From a virus: a stretch of 64,000 bases of DNA. The notes beneath the pieces are model-generated. The model did no database searches, had not been told where the DNA came from, and was given only the letters and a program-made list of their open reading frames with translations. The position numbers and the translations under genes are program-made. Below are positions 1 to 9,303 of this stretch, piece by piece (the stretch's first letter is position 1; each line of letters starts with the position of its first letter). The stretch is taken from positions 32,001-96,000 of the IMG/VR virus record IMGVR_UViG_3300046694_000315. One strand, given 5' to 3'.

Positions 1-407
1 CCTACCCGGACACACGCGTGGATGAGGGTTCGCGTGTGTGATCAGCTCGTACCTGGGTGGCAAAGATCACGGATGGAGGCGTTCGAACTGCCTAACAGGC
101 AGGTCGCGTGGGGACGCTGGCCGTGTGATCGCGGGTCAACCAGTTGTTGAAAGGTAGCACCGGTAACACACAGGAACCAGAGTTCGCACAACTTCGGAAA
201 CGGTGTTGCTTTACTATTCAACGGCGTTTCTTGGGCGTTTCTTTGCCTCTGCTAGTACAACTCATTGTGTTACCGCAGGTTACCTGCACTAAGCACGTAC
301 GGTTCGGTATGTGTGAACGTTCAGTGTGGTGACCTAGATCACAGAGTAATTTCGGCCAAGCGGGAAGACCGTGTCGACATCTTGTCAAGCTACCATCAGG
401 TACGACT

Positions 408-439
408 TGACCCCGCCACGGGATGCCGTAGCGGGGTCA
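408..439 (-). terminator. GC-rich hairpin downstream of PNK gene (probable terminator)
   Basis: TGACCCCGC...GCGGGGTCA inverted repeat just 3' of the stop at 477. Confidence 0.55.
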
Positions 440-476
440 GGAGTCAATACCTCAGATTTCAGATAGTGAACTGCGG

Positions 477-1403
477 TCAGAAGGCTCCAGGAGCCACCTG
501 AAGGCACCGCAGACCGAGCAGGCGCCACATCTCCACGACCTGGTCACGGTCGTCGAGGACGAACCACACGTTGTAGAACGGCTCGATCTTCGCCCGGTAG
601 ATCTCCTCCTTGACGACCGAGTCCTTGCGCATGTCGTCTGGCGCCCGCATGTGCAGGTACGCCTCCCGCGTCCACTTGCCCACGTGCAGTTCCAGCCAGG
701 CCCGCGTCTGGTCGTAGCAGCAGCCGTCACGGCCGGACAGGAACACGATCTCCGCGCCGCTGTCCCGCAGGGTGTTCACCAGGTCGATGACCTCGCTGAT
801 CGGCTCGTCCTCGCCGACCCGGTCCCACTCGAACGGGCTGCGGCCGACCATCCGCGCCAGCGTGCCGTCGATGTCGACCAGGACCATGTTCGGCTTCGCC
901 GGGTCGTACGGGGGCGCCTCGGCAGGCTTCGGGGCCAGGTACTGGTTGTACATGTCCCGGATGACCTTCTCGCCGACGCTCCGATCCCGCTGGAGGTCAC
1001 GCTTGATGCAGGTATGAAGCGGCACGGCCGTGTGGTCGGAGACCTTGAACTCCGCACCGTGGTACGCGGCCAGCCGCCGCAGTTCCTTCTCGTGGTTGGG
1101 GTTGAGGTTGGTGTCGTCCACGATGACGCTCACGCCGTCGCCCAGGAACGCCTCGACGAGGGCGTTGCGGGCCCGCACGACCCGGCGTTCGTTCTTCCCG
1201 TGCCAGACGCTGTCGTGCAGCATCGTGCGCAGGTCGTCCTTGTTGATCCGGACCAGCGTGCCGGGCTGGGCCTTGGCCACGATCCGCTTCGCCTCGGTGC
1301 TCTTGCCGGAGCCGGGCAGTCCCTTGGTCATGGTCAGCGTCAGCATCGTCACGGGCTTCTCCTTGTTCTTCGGGCCGCAGCACCTGCACTTGTAGGTGCT
1401 CAC
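477..1403 (-). CDS. pseT: Polynucleotide 5'-kinase/3'-phosphatase (T4 PseT-like)
   Basis: P-loop GLPGSGKST, RINKDDLR, DDTN; C-terminal HAD DIDGTLA...SGR...DDR; GTG start overlaps upstream TGA. Confidence 0.92.
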   Translation of the reverse strand: MSTYKCRCCGPKNKEKPVTMLTLTMTKGLPGSGKSTEAKRIVAKAQPGTLVRINKDDLRTMLHDSVWHGKNERRVVRARNALVEAFLGDGVSVIVDDTNLNPNHEKELRRLAAYHGAEFKVSDHTAVPLHTCIKRDLQRDRSVGEKVIRDMYNQYLAPKPAEAPPYDPAKPNMVLVDIDGTLARMVGRSPFEWDRVGEDEPISEVIDLVNTLRDSGAEIVFLSGRDGCCYDQTRAWLELHVGKWTREAYLHMRAPDDMRKDSVVKEEIYRAKIEPFYNVWFVLDDRDQVVEMWRLLGLRCLQVAPGAF

Positions 1404-1699
1404 TGGCAGCACCCGTCGCAGCCGTGCAGGCCCTCGTAGGGGTGGTAGTCCTCGCCCTGGATCAGGCGCTTGTAGGCGAGGTCGTCCGGGTCGGGGTGAC
1501 CCACGCCGTGGGGACAGGTCCGCTCCATCAGCGCCCGGTCCATGCGGAAGTGCTGGGGGAAGGCGGCCATGGAGTGGGCGGAGGGGTTGTGAACGCAGCA
1601 GTGGCGGCCGATGCAGTCCTTGCGGGGGTGGGCGAGGATCTCCTCCCCGCCCACCAGCTCGGCCCGCTCGAACCACCCGCCGAAGTCGTCGGGCTCCAT
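1400..1699 (-). CDS. Cys/His-rich hypothetical phage protein
   Basis: MEPDDF...CIGRHCCVHNP...CPHGVGHPDPD...HGCDGCC; coupled to both neighbours. Confidence 0.75.
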   Translation of the reverse strand: MEPDDFGGWFERAELVGGEEILAHPRKDCIGRHCCVHNPSAHSMAAFPQHFRMDRALMERTCPHGVGHPDPDDLAYKRLIQGEDYHPYEGLHGCDGCCQ

Positions 1700-2799
1700 C
1701 AGGCAGCCGCCTCCGGGACCGACGCGAACGGGACCTCGTAGGCGGGCTTGACCCGCTTCCACACCCGCGAGGTGATGTCCTGGCCGCCGTACAGGCCGAA
1801 CAGGATGTCCCTGTAGGGGCTCTCGCAGGCCAGGAGGGCGAACTCCTTGCGGCGCTTCTGCGCGTCGTCCTCCGGCCTCACCAGGCGGCGCAGGATCCAG
1901 TCGAACTCCTCGCGTGCCTCCACCAGGGTGTCGGTGTAGGCCGCCTGCAAGGCGCTGACCTTCGCGCGGACCCAGTCGTAGAACTCGTCCGGGACGCTGT
2001 CGATGATCGCCTCGATCCCGTCGCCCTCGACCAGCGCCTCCCACAGGGTGAGCGTCGAGGTGTTCGTCAGGATGCGGTGCAGCCGCACGTACTCGTCGAA
2101 CTTGAACTTCACCCGCAGGTCGTGGCCGGGGAAGTGGACGACGAAGCCCTCCTGGTTCTCCTCCTGCGGCGCCGCCAGCACCTCGGAGAGGGACTCGAAG
2201 CCGACCGGCTGGTTGACCGGCCCCGGCCAGTCGTAGGGCCCCCACGGCAGCGAGCGACCGGTCTGGGTGTCGACCACCGCGAGCAGGACCAGGTCGTCCA
2301 GGCCCTTGTAGTCGACGACGATCCGGTTGGACGGGAAGACGATCTCGAAGAGGTACGTCAGACCCAGGATCGGCTCGAACGTCGGGTAGCGCGTCTCCAG
2401 GATCTTGTTCGCGTGCTGCGCCTGCGGGCTGGTGAAGGAGCCCCGCGTGGCGATGCGGAACTCCCCGGTATGAAGCAGGTAGCCGACGCCCAAGGAGCCG
2501 TCCCACTTCACGTACGTCTTGACCGGCTCGTTGATCAGTCGCGCCTGCTGGTCGGCGGGGATCTGCGACCAGTTGAAGAACTTCTCGAACGGCCGGGCCA
2601 CGACCTTCTCGGTGGTCGTGTCGATGATCAGACCCCGGGTCTTCTTGGTGACCTCGTTCCACTCGTTGTCGAACTGCGCCTTGTTCGTGTAGTTGAAGAT
2701 GGCCCGGCTGCCGTCGGGGTGGGTCTGGTGGCGGACGTAGCCCTTGGTGATGTTGTCGAGCAGGGCCTTCTCCGGAAGGACGTCGTACAGGTGCACCAT
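1699..2799 (-). CDS. RNA ligase (T4 Rnl1-like)
   Basis: Motif I KWDGSLG, ARPFEKFFN, ATRGSF, FEIV, EGFVV, KFK. Confidence 0.9.
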   Translation of the reverse strand: MVHLYDVLPEKALLDNITKGYVRHQTHPDGSRAIFNYTNKAQFDNEWNEVTKKTRGLIIDTTTEKVVARPFEKFFNWSQIPADQQARLINEPVKTYVKWDGSLGVGYLLHTGEFRIATRGSFTSPQAQHANKILETRYPTFEPILGLTYLFEIVFPSNRIVVDYKGLDDLVLLAVVDTQTGRSLPWGPYDWPGPVNQPVGFESLSEVLAAPQEENQEGFVVHFPGHDLRVKFKFDEYVRLHRILTNTSTLTLWEALVEGDGIEAIIDSVPDEFYDWVRAKVSALQAAYTDTLVEAREEFDWILRRLVRPEDDAQKRRKEFALLACESPYRDILFGLYGGQDITSRVWKRVKPAYEVPFASVPEAAA

Positions 2800-2823
2800 G
2801 TGTGCGCTCCTCGGTGGTGGTGG

Positions 2824-3045
2824 TCAGATGCGCTGGTCGATGGCGGCCACGACGCGCTGGGCGAAGTTCTCGTAGGCGCTGTCCGGCAGGTTCAGTCCGA
2901 ACCACTTCTTCGCCTCAAGGGCGACGATCTCGACGGCGGCCTCGCGCTGCTCTCCCTGGCGCTTGAGCCAGTCCTGGGCGGCGCTCTCGCGGGGGATGAC
3001 GAGGTGGCCGAGGTACATGGTGGGGCGGTCGTCCGTGGCGGTCAT
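2824..3045 (-). CDS. Hypothetical protein
   Basis: ORF with phage-like codon usage in operon. Confidence 0.65.
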   Translation of the reverse strand: MTATDDRPTMYLGHLVIPRESAAQDWLKRQGEQREAAVEIVALEAKKWFGLNLPDSAYENFAQRVVAAIDQRI

Positions 3046-3047
3046 GT

Positions 3048-3458
3048 TCAGCCCTTCTTCGCGGCCTTCTTGGCCTTCTTGTTCTTCTTGTTCTTCTTGG
3101 CCTTGCGGTCCCGCTGGTCGAGGTCGGTCTCGACGTCGCTCAGGGCCTCGTCCAACTTCTCGATGAAGAGGTAGACGGCGCCCTTGAGGCGGTCGGCCTT
3201 CGCGCGGGCGTTCTCCAGGTCCTTGCGGAGCTGGTCGCGGTCTTCCTCGGTGTTCGTCTGGCCGTAGACACCGAAGTCGAGAGTCACGCTGCGGGAGCAG
3301 TCCTGTATCTGGAGCGTGGCGCCGAAGTCCAGGTAGTCGTCGCTGGCGTCGCCGTCGTTGATCTCCGCGAGCACCGCGCCGAGGCCGTGGTGGCCCTGGT
3401 TGTTCAGGAACTCGCGGATGTAGAGGCGGCGCTGCTCGTCGGTGGTGGCGGTGCTCAT
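3048..3458 (-). CDS. Hypothetical protein, Lys-rich C-terminus
   Basis: AGGAG RBS before MSTATT; downstream of promoter 3518-3546. Confidence 0.7.
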   Translation of the reverse strand: MSTATTDEQRRLYIREFLNNQGHHGLGAVLAEINDGDASDDYLDFGATLQIQDCSRSVTLDFGVYGQTNTEEDRDQLRKDLENARAKADRLKGAVYLFIEKLDEALSDVETDLDQRDRKAKKNKKNKKAKKAAKKG

Positions 3459-3517
3459 GTTGCGGCTCCTAGCAGGTGTTGCTCTAGCGCCGGGTGGGGC
3501 GCCTTCCAATAACCAAG

Positions 3518-3546
3518 AACCTATAACGAGGAAGACGTAATCGCAA
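3518..3546 (-). promoter_or_regulatory. sigma70/HrdB-type promoter
   Basis: TTGCGA-N17-TAGGTT on minus strand. Confidence 0.55.
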
Positions 3547-3599
3547 GCGGTTTCGCTCAAGCGATTTACAAGCAACACTATGGCGCGCATCACACAACA

Positions 3600-3640
3600 C
3601 GAAGACCCCCGCCGGGAGGGTGTCCCGAAGGGGGTCTTCG
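3600..3640 (-). terminator. Intrinsic terminator hairpin
   Basis: CGAAGACCCCC...GGGGGTCTTCG after nucleotidyltransferase gene. Confidence 0.65.
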
Positions 3641-3652
3641 CAGGTCAGGCCG

Positions 3653-4306
3653 CTACAGCCGCCGCACGTAGTTGATGAAGTCCTGGAGCCGGTCCGTCCG
3701 AGGCTGCGCTGGAAGGATCCCGACGCGGTCGTTGAAGGTGTCGAAAGCCTTCCAGAACTCCTTCTCGATCTGCTCGGCGGTCATCTCGTCGAACGCCCAG
3801 TAGAACTCCGGGTCCGGCACCTTCACCGTCAGCGTGCCGAAGTCGAGCAACTGCTGGCCCTGCCGCAGCAGACGGAAGCAGTGCCGGGCGTGCTTCGCCA
3901 CACGCTTCTGTCGGCCGTCGTTGGCCAGCTCCTGCTTGATGCGCTTGATCTGACCCATGGCGTACCCGCCGTACGCCGAGCGCACGTAGGGCTCAGAGAG
4001 GAAATCCTCCCGGATGTCGAGGAGCCACTCCCCCTCCCAGGACTGCTGCTCGTACTCCTCCAGGTACATCAGATCAATGACCGTCGGGTTGCACTTCAGC
4101 GCGAGGTTCACGTACTTGCCGACCTCGTGCAGGGTGACGTCCGGAGCCGTGGACACGAGCGAGTCCTGGTGCTTGGCACCAATACGGAAGAACTCCGGAG
4201 TCGGACGGATGAAGATGCCCAGCCGGTCGATGTCCGACCCGGGCCGGGCCAGGCCGAAGGCAGTCGAGCCCACGACCCCGCTCAGCAGAATGTTCGGCGT
4301 CGTCAT
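3653..4306 (-). CDS. Nucleotidyltransferase (Pol beta superfamily)
   Basis: GSTAFGLARPGSDID, KCNPTVIDL, KHARHCFRLL. Confidence 0.85.
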   Translation of the reverse strand: MTTPNILLSGVVGSTAFGLARPGSDIDRLGIFIRPTPEFFRIGAKHQDSLVSTAPDVTLHEVGKYVNLALKCNPTVIDLMYLEEYEQQSWEGEWLLDIREDFLSEPYVRSAYGGYAMGQIKRIKQELANDGRQKRVAKHARHCFRLLRQGQQLLDFGTLTVKVPDPEFYWAFDEMTAEQIEKEFWKAFDTFNDRVGILPAQPRTDRLQDFINYVRRL

Positions 4307-4824
4307 CAGAACCAGTAGTCCTCAGACGGGTCGTCGCGGCCGTCGGTCTCCATGGCCTCGGCGGACTCCTCATACGTCGCCAGCGCCTCCTCCAGCGCCC
4401 TTCCCCACGTCTGTCCCTGGTCCTGCTCGACCTGAGCCACGGTGAGCAAGGCGAGCGTCTCGTTGTCGACCCTGAGATGCCCCTCCTCGACCAGGCTCTG
4501 GACCTCCGTGATGGTGCTGTCCGTGGCCGCCAGGTCCTCGTACGTCACGCCCTTGTAGGACAGCACGTAGCCGACCATGCAGGACGGCGCCTTGTCGGCC
4601 GGGCTGAAGTAGACGCACGGATTGGCGCCCGTCTCCGGGTCCAGGGGAGGCGCGTAGACGTAATCCTCCCCGCGCTCCTTCACTGCGCGGCCCAGCAGTT
4701 CCTTCGCCTCGTCCAGGGAGATCTCGACGGTGGCGGGCTTGGGCTTGGGGGTCTCGGCCTCCGGGGTATGAAGCGCGTCGTCGAGGGAGGGAACGGAGTC
4801 GATGATCTCGGTGAAGTTGAGCAT
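4306..4824 (-). CDS. Hypothetical protein
   Basis: MLNFTEII start; CVY..PSCMVG..QDQGQTWG pattern. Confidence 0.7.
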   Translation of the reverse strand: MLNFTEIIDSVPSLDDALHTPEAETPKPKPATVEISLDEAKELLGRAVKERGEDYVYAPPLDPETGANPCVYFSPADKAPSCMVGYVLSYKGVTYEDLAATDSTITEVQSLVEEGHLRVDNETLALLTVAQVEQDQGQTWGRALEEALATYEESAEAMETDGRDDPSEDYWF

Positions 4825-4850
4825 GGCGTTCTCGTTTCGTGTGGTGTTGG

Positions 4851-4994
4851 TCAGCCGTTGATGAGGTGGGCCGCGATGTAGAGCCCGGCGGCGACGCACA
4901 GGACGCGGAAGATGACGCGCCCGAGGGACTGGAACCACAGGTCGGCCTTCGACGGCCTCGGGCACGGGGCGTGGTTCTGGTCGAGGTTCTTCAC
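4851..4994 (-). CDS. Small membrane protein
   Basis: 47-aa ORF with hydrophobic C-terminus (read manually). Confidence 0.45.
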   Translation of the reverse strand: MKNLDQNHAPCPRPSKADLWFQSLGRVIFRVLCVAAGLYIAAHLING

Positions 4995-5004
4995 GGGATG
5001 CCTT

Positions 5005-5124
5005 TCAGGAGCAGTCGAATTCGGGGGCGTCGGTCTCCGGCTCTTCGTCCAGGGCGACGCCGTTGATGAAGATGACGTCGCCGACGTCGATGCCGACGTG
5101 TTCCAGCAGGGAACGGATGCTCAC
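5005..5124 (-). CDS. Small hypothetical protein
   Basis: AAGGAGG RBS then GTG; MSIRSLLEHVGIDVG... Confidence 0.5.
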   Translation of the reverse strand: MSIRSLLEHVGIDVGDVIFINGVALDEEPETDAPEFDCS

Positions 5125-5176
5125 TGGTCCTCCTTGGGGAGCGGTGGGGCCCGGCGTTCCGAGCCCCACCGAGACG

Positions 5177-5863
5177 TCACAGAGACGCGGGGTTGAACAG
5201 GTTGCGTCCGCTGTCGTCCTTCGAGACAGGGGTGAGTTTGCCCCTGTCGACCCATGTGGTGATCGTGCTCGGACTCACCTCAAGGATCTTGGCCAGCTCC
5301 CTGGCCGTGACCAGGGTGACCTCGCTGCTGTCTCGCCGCTGTCTCAGCACTCCCGCCAGCCGGTGGAAGGTGAGCGCGGCCAGGTGCGTACCGAGCGCGA
5401 TGCAGATGGTCGGGGCGGCCGACGCGAGGATCACGTGCCCCCACGTCGTCGCCGCTGACTGCCCGGTCACCCTGGCGTACGCGGAGCCGTGAGCGACGTT
5501 GAGGACGAGTGAGACAGCGGTGAGACCGACCACCGTGCCGATCGCCCACCGGTATCCCGGGGAGCCGACCAACGCCAGCGAGGCCACCACCCCCAGGCCG
5601 TCGAGACCGTCGATGACCAGAGGGTAGAACTGCCGCACCTCGTGCAGGCCGATCCCATCGGCGGTGTCTCGAAGGGGCACCCAGCTCACCCTCATACCGA
5701 CCAGCGCCACGAACGCCAGCGCCACCAGGATCGTGGTGAACCCGATGACCAGACCGGTCGCGTGCAGGCCCGTGAGCGGGTGAGACGAGGGTGAGACAGC
5801 CCCCGTCTCACGGTTACTCGCACGTCTTGCTCGCCAGCTCTGGATACGATTCGGGAGTCCCAT
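5177..5863 (-). CDS. DUF2637/SpdA-like membrane protein with C-terminal HTH
   Basis: About 4 TM segments with SWVPLRD..YPLVIDG..SLVLNVAH..AAP; C-terminal TARELAKILEVSPSTITTWV HTH. Confidence 0.7.
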   Translation of the reverse strand: MGLPNRIQSWRARRASNRETGAVSPSSHPLTGLHATGLVIGFTTILVALAFVALVGMRVSWVPLRDTADGIGLHEVRQFYPLVIDGLDGLGVVASLALVGSPGYRWAIGTVVGLTAVSLVLNVAHGSAYARVTGQSAATTWGHVILASAAPTICIALGTHLAALTFHRLAGVLRQRRDSSEVTLVTARELAKILEVSPSTITTWVDRGKLTPVSKDDSGRNLFNPASL

Positions 5864-5936
5864 GGAGAGTCGATACCTCTCGTAGGTGGGACAGGTGCCC
5901 AGTGGGATGCACCCCGCTGGGCACCCGCATACCCGA

Positions 5937-6206
5937 CTAGGTATGAAGCCGTTCACGCTCGTCGAGATAGTCCGAGACGCCGTTGTCCCAGAACGGACCG
6001 AACACGTACTGCGCCGTCGCGTCGTACAGCGCGCTGCTGGCGACCGCCCCGCCATGAGGCAGCAGCTCCTCCGCCTGGACCGAGTTCTGCCGACCGGTGA
6101 GCAACGCCACCAACGCGGCCTCGTCAGCCGACAGCCGGAGCGTCACCGCCTCGGGCGACCCGTCGTCTCGGAACTCGATGCTCTTGACCAAGGCCATCTC
6201 GGCCAT
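5937..6206 (-). CDS. Hypothetical protein
   Basis: GAGGAG RBS; ends ERLHT*. Confidence 0.7.
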   Translation of the reverse strand: MAEMALVKSIEFRDDGSPEAVTLRLSADEAALVALLTGRQNSVQAEELLPHGGAVASSALYDATAQYVFGPFWDNGVSDYLDERERLHT

Positions 6207-6299
6207 CTCCTCTTCTTGTGCTCCGTCCGGGACAGCTCCCGGTACCGGTCCAGTACTCGTTGCTCGAACTTGCTCAGGTGTCTCAGCGGCGCTCCCGCC

Positions 6300-6674
6300 T
6301 CATCGGTCGTTCAGGGAGATCTCGATGCTGTTGCCGGACTTCGGGTGGAGAAGCAGGCTGCTGCTGCCGTGGACCGTCAGCCGGTTGTCCTCTTGCAGCG
6401 TCACGTGGAAGTACGACCACCAGTCCGGGTGGCGCTCCGGCTTGTACCGGAACTCGATCGGCGTCCACTGGTCGACCGCGAGGCGGCGCCGGTTCACGCT
6501 GTGCGGGTCGATGACGACGGGGGCGTTCTCCGCGACGTCGTTGTTGAGCAAGGCCCGCACGGAGGCCAGCTCCTGCTCCAGCCGGATGATCCGCTCACCC
6601 CTCGCACGAAGTCGGTCCTTCACCCACTTCGGCAGGCGCTCGAACCTCGGGTCCTCTTCGATCGGCGTGTTCAC
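6300..6674 (-). CDS. Hypothetical protein
   Basis: AAGGAG RBS; N-terminal RLPKW coiled coil. Confidence 0.7.
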   Translation of the reverse strand: MNTPIEEDPRFERLPKWVKDRLRARGERIIRLEQELASVRALLNNDVAENAPVVIDPHSVNRRRLAVDQWTPIEFRYKPERHPDWWSYFHVTLQEDNRLTVHGSSSLLLHPKSGNSIEISLNDR

Positions 6675-6906
6675 GGCTGCTCCTTGTAACGTTGGGCCGG
6701 GCCCCGGTGGCCGCCCGCACTAGACCTGCGGACGGCCACCGGGGTTTCCTGCTAGCTGCGGTCGGCGCACTTCTCGCCGTTGGGGCACTCCTCGCGCGGG
6801 AAGCCATCCCCGCACAGGCTCGGGTCGATACCGATACCGGCGCCCAGCTCACCCAGTTCCAGCGGGCCTTCGTCCTGCACCCACCGGTCGGCGCTGTTCT
6901 CGTACA

Positions 6907-7164
6907 TCAGATGTCCGCCTTCTCCAGTCGCTCCCAGACCGGGCCCCAGCCGTCGCGGGTACCGTCCAGCAGGCCCGAGGCCTTGATGACGTAGTCCCGG
7001 TGCAGGGAGCGGTTCTCCAGGAGGCCATCCTCGGTGAGCACGTCCCCACGCCAGGCGCCGGACGACCCCTGCGTGACCGAGCGGATGATCCCCGGGGCCA
7101 GGGAGTGGTTGTACATGATCGAGACACGGTCGCCGACCCTGTACGGTGCGCGCTGCTGAGCCAT
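6907..7164 (-). CDS. Hypothetical protein
   Basis: AAGGAGG RBS, downstream of promoter. Confidence 0.7.
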   Translation of the reverse strand: MAQQRAPYRVGDRVSIMYNHSLAPGIIRSVTQGSSGAWRGDVLTEDGLLENRSLHRDYVIKASGLLDGTRDGWGPVWERLEKADI

Positions 7165-7205
7165 GGTTCCTCCTTCTGCGTTACTGCTTCCGAAGCAGTA
7201 AGAGG

Positions 7206-7235
7206 AATCTATCCGGCGCCACTACGTCTCGTCAA
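7206..7235 (-). promoter_or_regulatory. HrdB-type promoter
   Basis: TTGACG-N18-TAGATT. Confidence 0.6.
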
Positions 7236-7318
7236 GCCATATCGCCAACTGACTTTCCAAGCATGAAGAAGGCCCCCACCCGGTCTCCCAGGAAGGGGCC
7301 TACGACAGCGCTACGTAG

Positions 7319-7483
7319 CTACTCAGTTCGCGTGATCGTGATCCTTGAGGTGACGTCGTCGCTCAGCAGGGACTCCACGGTCTGCGCCACCTGCTCCGGA
7401 GCCTCGACCTCGATCTGGGACGACTGCGCCCGCTGCTGCCCCGGCTTCAGGGGGTGCTGGTACTTGACTACGTACTTCGACAC
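7319..7483 (-). CDS. Small hypothetical protein
   Basis: AGGAGG RBS; MSKYVVKYQHP... Confidence 0.55.
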   Translation of the reverse strand: MSKYVVKYQHPLKPGQQRAQSSQIEVEAPEQVAQTVESLLSDDVTSRITITRTE

Positions 7484-7484
7484 G

Positions 7485-7916
7485 TCATACCCCTCCTACT
7501 AGTGCCTGCACCACCTTGTTCAGCGCACGCTGCGCCGACCGCTTCCCTGACTCGATGCTGGAGCACGTGAGGAACCGCTCGTCGTCTCCCCCACCGAGGA
7601 ACAGGGAGTAGTTGCACGAGTCCATGGCTGAACTCTCGTATGTGTACCTGAAGACGTCAGCCACCTTCCGGTCGCCGATGTAGCCGACCCACAGTTCCCC
7701 CTTGGGGTGCGCCTCCTGGCGCCACTCGATCGACTGCGCCTTGATGGGGGGCTTCTTCTTGGGCTCCGCTGGATGCCCCCTGCGGACCGCCTCAACCCGA
7801 GTGCATCCCTGATTGTCGATGGCGTGCTGAAGGTCAGCACCAATGCCCCGGTCGTCGTAAACCTCGATCACCGTGGGGCGTGGCTGCTCTGGCTCCCAGT
7901 AACGCAGCTTCCACAT
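7485..7916 (-). CDS. Hypothetical protein
   Basis: ORF in tight operon. Confidence 0.65.
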   Translation of the reverse strand: MWKLRYWEPEQPRPTVIEVYDDRGIGADLQHAIDNQGCTRVEAVRRGHPAEPKKKPPIKAQSIEWRQEAHPKGELWVGYIGDRKVADVFRYTYESSAMDSCNYSLFLGGGDDERFLTCSSIESGKRSAQRALNKVVQALVGGV

Positions 7917-7917
7917 G

Positions 7918-8535
7918 TCAGTTCTCCCTCGTGGCCAGCTCGGCCGCGCGCTTGTCGAGGTCCTTCTCCAGGTTCTCGGCGACCAGCCGAAGGGTCCGCT
8001 CGATGTCCTCGAAGCCCTGCTTAGGCGTGGCCTCCGCCGCCTTGGCCGCCGCAGCGGCGGACTCCCGCAGGCGCTCGATGGCCCACTCGGTGCCGTCCAG
8101 GTTCTCGCGGATCAGCAGCACGTTCAGCGACATGTCGAAGGAGGCCCGCTGCGCGCTACGTCGGACCCTCCGGCTGATCTCTACCGAGGACACCGGCTTC
8201 TCCGCGCCCCCGTTGGCGCGGTCGGTCCACTCCTTGGCGATCTCGCGCACCCACTCCGGCGCCACGCTGTCCGGCCCCAGCGGCTCCATGAAGGTGACGG
8301 TGTAGTCCCGCTTCGTGGCAACCTGTCCGTCCCGGACCTTGGGGCCTACCACACCTACAGACGACACCTCCCACACGCCCGTCTCCGTGTGCGGGAACAG
8401 GCCCACGCCCATAGCAGTCGGGCGCACCGTCCCGAGGCTGGGAACCTCCGGGTTCGACGTGTCCGGCGCTCCCGTCACGTCCAGCGAGATCTGCCAGTTC
8501 GAGTGATCCCGGACGGTGGACTCCACAGCGCTCAT
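7918..8535 (-). CDS. Hypothetical protein
   Basis: ORF in tight operon. Confidence 0.65.
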   Translation of the reverse strand: MSAVESTVRDHSNWQISLDVTGAPDTSNPEVPSLGTVRPTAMGVGLFPHTETGVWEVSSVGVVGPKVRDGQVATKRDYTVTFMEPLGPDSVAPEWVREIAKEWTDRANGGAEKPVSSVEISRRVRRSAQRASFDMSLNVLLIRENLDGTEWAIERLRESAAAAAKAAEATPKQGFEDIERTLRLVAENLEKDLDKRAAELATREN

Positions 8536-8954
8536 CAGTCGTCTTCCTCGTCTTCCTCGTTCATCACGTGCATGTAGTCAATCGCGTCCTGGTCACCGGC
8601 CGCAGCGGCTTTGGCCCACCAGACGCGCGCCACGTCGTCGCCGTGCAGGACCTCCACCAGCTCGGCGATGCGGCGCAACTGACGCGGCTCCGGACCCTCG
8701 ACCGCCAGCAGCTCGGCCAACTCGGGCTCCGTAGTCCGCCCCGGATTTTCAAATGCCTGATATTCGCCGGCGAGTTCCCCCTCGATTCGCCGTCGCGAGT
8801 CCACGATGTCCTGCGGCGTGTAGCCGAAGTTCAGGCGGGCCCGGCTGAGCAGCTCATCGATGGTCGGGGCCGGGCCCGGCCGGGGCCGGGAAGTGTGGGC
8901 GCACTCCCGGCAGCCTTCCTCGGGTTCCGGGTGTTCGTCAGCATGAGAGGTCAC
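8535..8954 (-). CDS. Hypothetical protein
   Basis: GTG start overlapping upstream TGA. Confidence 0.55.
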   Translation of the reverse strand: MTSHADEHPEPEEGCRECAHTSRPRPGPAPTIDELLSRARLNFGYTPQDIVDSRRRIEGELAGEYQAFENPGRTTEPELAELLAVEGPEPRQLRRIAELVEVLHGDDVARVWWAKAAAAGDQDAIDYMHVMNEEDEEDD

Positions 8955-9057
8955 GACCCGGCGCTCCGCGCCTCCGCCGAACCCTTGAAGAAGGACTCGT
9001 AGCTCTCGAACGCGCGCGAGACCCCGGCCTCCTCGTCGCGGTACCACTTCGGGGCGC

Positions 9058-9303
9058 TCATCCCTGCGCCCTCCACTTCCGGATCTGGCGCTGGATCTTA
9101 TGGACAGCCGAGGAGTTCGCGTCCCGCGTCATAACGATGTTTCGATCGCCGTCCACGGTCCGGCGCTCCAGTCGCTGCCAGACCTCCTCCCAGTCGATGG
9201 TTCCTGTGGGGAAGTAGCCCGTAATGATGTCCTGGACGTATTCCATAACTCGGGGGGTGACGTCGCCCGCCTCGACGATCCGGTGATCCTCGGTCTCGTT
9301 CAC
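9058..9303 (-). CDS. Hypothetical protein
   Basis: Coupled ORF. Confidence 0.6.
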   Translation of the reverse strand: MNETEDHRIVEAGDVTPRVMEYVQDIITGYFPTGTIDWEEVWQRLERRTVDGDRNIVMTRDANSSAVHKIQRQIRKWRAQG

